Origin: an uncultured Desulfosarcina sp. | Lineage (GTDB): Bacteria > Desulfobacterota > Desulfobacteria > Desulfobacterales > Desulfosarcinaceae | Direction: 5' to 3' | NCBI GenBank assembly: GCA_963674945.2 | Contig: CAXXWQ010000004.1 | Coordinates: forward strand, 2,016,001 to 2,080,000 | Length of the DNA stretch: 64,000 nt | Shown: positions 61,401-64,000 of the stretch, piece after piece | How the letters are laid out: each line of letters starts with the position of its first letter | How positions within the stretch are numbered: position 1 is the first letter of the stretch | The notes under the pieces: model-generated | Database searches by the model: none | What the model saw: only the letters and a program-made list of their open reading frames with translations | Told to the model about the DNA's origin: nothing | Program-made: the position numbers and the translations under genes

Positions 61401-61899
61401 AACCTTTTGCAACCCGATCAGCGGAAACAACATGGGCCTGTTGGCGAAGCAGGGTGAACTGGTTTACTACCGTGCCGGCGATCCGGACTACAAGTATTCC
61501 CAGGTGTATATCGCCGAAATGAGCGGCCGGCCGAAGAATTTGATCCAGGGTATTCTCGATTTTTCAATCACCGTAGCTCCCGGCGGGCAGGCGGCGATTG
61601 ACATCCTACTGGGAAAAACCGCGCCGGAGGCGTACCGCTGGTACAAGTACGCCCCGGGCAGCGGATGGTCGGAATGCGCAGTCGGCGCCTATCCCGAAGC
61701 GCCCGAAGACGGTGCGGTGTTCAGCGCGGACCGACGCACCGTAACGTTGCGGATCACCGATAACGGCCCCTTGGACGACGACGATCGGGAAGGGATCGTC
61801 AACGACCCTTCGGGTCTCGGCATCCCCGGCACCTGGCACGACGAAAGCGGTGCGGGGGGCTGTTTTATTCATTTTTTAAACGAGGAAGAACCGAAATGA
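58432..61899 (+). CDS. Large surface protein: shared N-terminal domain, PKD-like repeats, two related sandwich repeats, choice-of-anchor-U-like region, GGCFI tail
   Basis: TTG 58432 after AAGGA gives MKAARHFTMILFLALAGPGLVQA. PVANAGGD..V.LDGS.S.D.D repeats. WYKY...DGAVFS.DR..VTL.ITDNG..DDD...G...DPSG. Ends SGAGGCFIHFL. Confidence 0.88.
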   Translation: MKAARHFTMILFLALAGPGLVQAGSPYAILSGAGWFHVSDQTVNIWNDADGDGAPDVNGTRHNVDVDVIQGPDQDWSGTARIKPGLVHYDNFLGPRDTCTSGWGGAASGGALIVGFDQDFENGDGTGIYLDYDGNEQDLPEGVDFIVEGFGFSFNKAFSDERGTVNIYAADAAYRPVVSDAHPVTGLRSVTGDESRWVKISGWLGRQPDQTWRGNPNHNYESGPGAYGLYLWGDLEGSGLDSARYIKFELGDGGHYEDPYSGTQNTGRALFIDAVKTLYHRPVANAGGDRQVSGGTRVELDGSDSEDLDDDTLTFQWHQTGGATVLLETPDTAATAFTPAKTGDYTFALNVSDGTFENTDTVTITVVDAGINQSPVARAGEDFQCNVGDTVVLDGTASMDPDGDGLEYNWRQITDADVVLVNANSGRASFTAPNIPVSPEFELTVTDPSGLSDTDTVRVTINRPLIVDLSRTEETATESLLFTLDASRSWDPDLDELQYEWIQRSGPSVTLSDARAVRSTFIVPETAGEKMVFQVTVSDGNGFAPSDTVTVTIRELYIITADNPAASAFQVGSFSYRDQALDLAKAALDFPDFTTDGRGDASGFPDGYSGEITLRFNIPVADGDGDDLSVYHFGTGKAELQASIDGENWVSLGRLASVHGDTPGIQHFDLAAYPGLSLSRVISVQFLRIVKSGNDAAHYIDGVIGHHTALTAIYAAYVEENNGAVDWVDKQKDAGANALGEPDYDASTPGIGNCSGWMVNAGYLTAGFDNPLTDRDGPDLFLYHFGQGVTDADISLEATDGATTVEVSEDGSNWVLLGDLPLGENGGNRLSVDAFDLNGYAALGDLVGGYRDTRIRYVRINKNGRGYGAGKFIDAIEGRFGFPGLGNPAGGNAVVVEGVSVELGRKNPARDDFTETVYVWEQLDNGAPLVALSADDAKNPTFVAPPVNDEETTLAFKLTRINENEFGVSVSTVAVDVRENGITGFPSGSTTFCNPISGNNMGLLAKQGELVYYRAGDPDYKYSQVYIAEMSGRPKNLIQGILDFSITVAPGGQAAIDILLGKTAPEAYRWYKYAPGSGWSECAVGAYPEAPEDGAVFSADRRTVTLRITDNGPLDDDDREGIVNDPSGLGIPGTWHDESGAGGCFIHFLNEEEPK

Positions 61900-64000
61900 G
61901 AAAAATAGGGTTGATGTTGTGCATTGTGTTTCTGGTTTCCGCCACGGCCGGCATGGCCATGGCCGAATATGGGGACCCGGTTTTTGATAACCCCATCTAT
62001 GCCACCCAGGCCGGGGCGAGTGATTATTACGTCACCGACCAGACCATAAAACTCTGGGGGGACGACGGTTCCGGCAATCCGGTCGAAGTCGATATCCAGG
62101 ACAACGTTGCCGTCACCGTGATCCAGGGCGCCGACCAGAACTGGGGCGGTACGGCCAATATCATGCCGGGTCTGGTCTCCTACGACAACCTCCTCGGCAC
62201 CCCCGACTATGCGGCGGCCGGATGGGGCGGCGCCGCTTCCGGCGGCAGCCTCGTGCTTGCCTTTGACGAGGACATCATCGATGGCGACGGCATCGACTTC
62301 ATGGTGCACGGTTTCGGCTTTTGCTTCAACAAGGCCTTTTCCGCCGAGCGCGGCACGGTCAGGATCTACGCGGCAACCACGGCTTATGCCCCCACCGTCA
62401 GCGCGGCCGACGATGACGGCCCCGGCCCCTTGGGCGAGGTCACCATCACCGGGGACGAGAACCAGTGGGTCCTGCTATCCGAGTGGAAGGGCTGGGGCGA
62501 CTGGGACGGCGATCCCGACACGCCGGATACATGGGAAGGCAACCCCGACCACAATTATGGCTCGGCGCCGGGGGCCTATGGCGAATACCTTTGGGGGGAT
62601 TTGGCGGACGGCGGCCTTTCGTCTGCCCGCTACATCAAGTTCGAGTTGGGGGACGGCGGTCACTACATCGATCCGTACAGCGGCGAAAACAACAACGGAC
62701 GGGCTTTTTTTGTCGATGCCGTGGAAGGCCGGGGATATGAAGCCCCCGCCAATCGGGCACCGGTGCTGGAACCGATCGGAAACAAGGAAGTCGATGAGGA
62801 GGCTGAATTGCGCTTTGCCCTGCAAGCCGGCGACCCGGAGGGCGACAGTCTGCGCTTTTCCTTCACCAGCGATTTGTCTATGACCGGTGCCGCTCTCGAC
62901 GTAGTCTCCGGTGTCTTTTCCTGGACGCCGGCGGACGGGGATGCCGGCATCTATACGGTCACGTTTACCGTCAGCGACGACGGCACACCGTCGGCTTCGG
63001 ACGAAGAGACCATTGAAATTTCCGTCGGAAGCGTCAACCACCCGCCTGTTTTCGTTGCCAACGCTCCGGCATCGACCTATGCGGCCATGGAGGGACAAAC
63101 CATCGAATTCGAGGTATCGGCGACGGACCCGGACGGCGACGATGTGTCCATTATGGCCGCCGATCTTCCCGGCGGAGCGCGTTTTTCCGGCGGTTCCTTT
63201 TCCTGGACAACGGATTCCGGTGACAGCGGCAGCTACACGGTGACGTTCACAGCCGTAGACGACGGTTCGCCGGTGGCATCGGCGACCAAGAGCGTGACGC
63301 TGACAGTGGGGGACGTCAGCCACCATGCCGGTCCGGACCAGGTCGTTACCGAACAAACCGCAGTTACGTTAGGCGTTTTGGAAGCCTGCGAGGAACAGTC
63401 AGACGATACGTACCAATGGGAACAGACATCGGGGCCTGAAGCGACGCTCTCGGATGTCGCTGCTGCGAATCCCAACTTTATCGCGCCCGGCGTGGAGGCC
63501 GGCGAAATGGTTCTGACTTTTCGGGCCCTTCTCAATGGCGATTCGACGGACGATGTCACAATAAAGGTCCGGGATAACGCCATTCAATTGACCGAAGCGG
63601 AAGCACGGCGGCTGGAAAATGCACAATTGGTTTTCGACAACCCGATCGGCGCTGGCATCGGTAATTTGAAGCACTGCCATATGGGCATTTCCGGCGAGCA
63701 GGGCGAATTGACTTTTTACAATGTCCTCGATCCGGCCGACGTGACCGCCGGCGATGCCGCACCCGAAAATCTGATCTATGGGCTTTTCGAATTCAAGCTC
63801 GTTTTGTCTCCAGGCGCACGAACGGCGGTTTGGTCGGTTTTCCTCCCCGAACCCGCACCGGAAACGTTTCGTTGGTACAAGTACAATCCCACTACAGGCG
63901 AATGGATCGATTTCGACCGCGAACGGATGTCCGGCGGCACGGGGGACGGGGCCGTGTTCAACGAAGACCGCACCCGGGTGACCCTCTACGTCACCGACGG
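61896..64000 (+). CDS. Second large surface protein with the same N-terminal domain (runs off window)
   Basis: ATG 61896 overlaps the previous stop. Hand translation gives MRKIGLMLCIVFLVSATAGMAMAEYGDPVFDN...GWGGAASGGSLVLAFD...GFGFCFNKAFSAERG..., Ig/PKD-like repeats (NRAPVL, FSWTP), and in-frame GDGAVFNEDRTRVTLYVTD at the window end. Confidence 0.88.
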   Translation, partial: MRKIGLMLCIVFLVSATAGMAMAEYGDPVFDNPIYATQAGASDYYVTDQTIKLWGDDGSGNPVEVDIQDNVAVTVIQGADQNWGGTANIMPGLVSYDNLLGTPDYAAAGWGGAASGGSLVLAFDEDIIDGDGIDFMVHGFGFCFNKAFSAERGTVRIYAATTAYAPTVSAADDDGPGPLGEVTITGDENQWVLLSEWKGWGDWDGDPDTPDTWEGNPDHNYGSAPGAYGEYLWGDLADGGLSSARYIKFELGDGGHYIDPYSGENNNGRAFFVDAVEGRGYEAPANRAPVLEPIGNKEVDEEAELRFALQAGDPEGDSLRFSFTSDLSMTGAALDVVSGVFSWTPADGDAGIYTVTFTVSDDGTPSASDEETIEISVGSVNHPPVFVANAPASTYAAMEGQTIEFEVSATDPDGDDVSIMAADLPGGARFSGGSFSWTTDSGDSGSYTVTFTAVDDGSPVASATKSVTLTVGDVSHHAGPDQVVTEQTAVTLGVLEACEEQSDDTYQWEQTSGPEATLSDVAAANPNFIAPGVEAGEMVLTFRALLNGDSTDDVTIKVRDNAIQLTEAEARRLENAQLVFDNPIGAGIGNLKHCHMGISGEQGELTFYNVLDPADVTAGDAAPENLIYGLFEFKLVLSPGARTAVWSVFLPEPAPETFRWYKYNPTTGEWIDFDRERMSGGTGDGAVFNEDRTRVTLYVTD

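Overview
Chromosomal window from a sulfate-reducing deltaproteobacterium, most likely Desulfobacterales (Desulfosarcina-like). This is inferred from a stand-alone dissimilatory-type sat, tungstate uptake genes, beta-oxidation genes and characteristic intergenic palindromic repeats. About 1-51 kb is mostly housekeeping: cmoB, ybjQ pair, sat, flgM, ferritin, tamB/Omp85, tupABC with regulator, HD-GYP, recX-gpmI-rsfS-nadD-proAB-obgE-rpmA-rplU, fdhD, two dus genes, a dpp-type ABC transporter, ETF-QO, panP, thiolase/fadN and queF. The most unusual part is 51-64 kb. A DtxR-family regulator and a PchR-like AraC regulator precede two PEP-CTERM-type (VPVP) surface proteins, a TonB-dependent receptor and two large PKD-repeat surface proteins, the last missing from the ORF track. 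All four surface proteins share one ~200-aa domain I cannot name (GWGG..GG.L...FD / GFGF..N..FS.E[RK]G / LGDG..GRA.F) and display it on different C-terminal anchors. The two small genes have a duplicated ~200-bp leader containing a TTAG-N6-CTAA-type palindrome that also precedes dtxR. This suggests an undescribed metal-regulated surface ligand-capture and uptake system. Other hidden items: a probable DsbA/FrnE selenoprotein (in-frame TGA, UPWC), a covarying ~125-bp palindromic repeat family inside operons, an internally deleted M48 peptidase pseudogene, a VapC remnant and Bacillus-type FadR boxes. No rRNA, tRNA or CRISPR array was seen.
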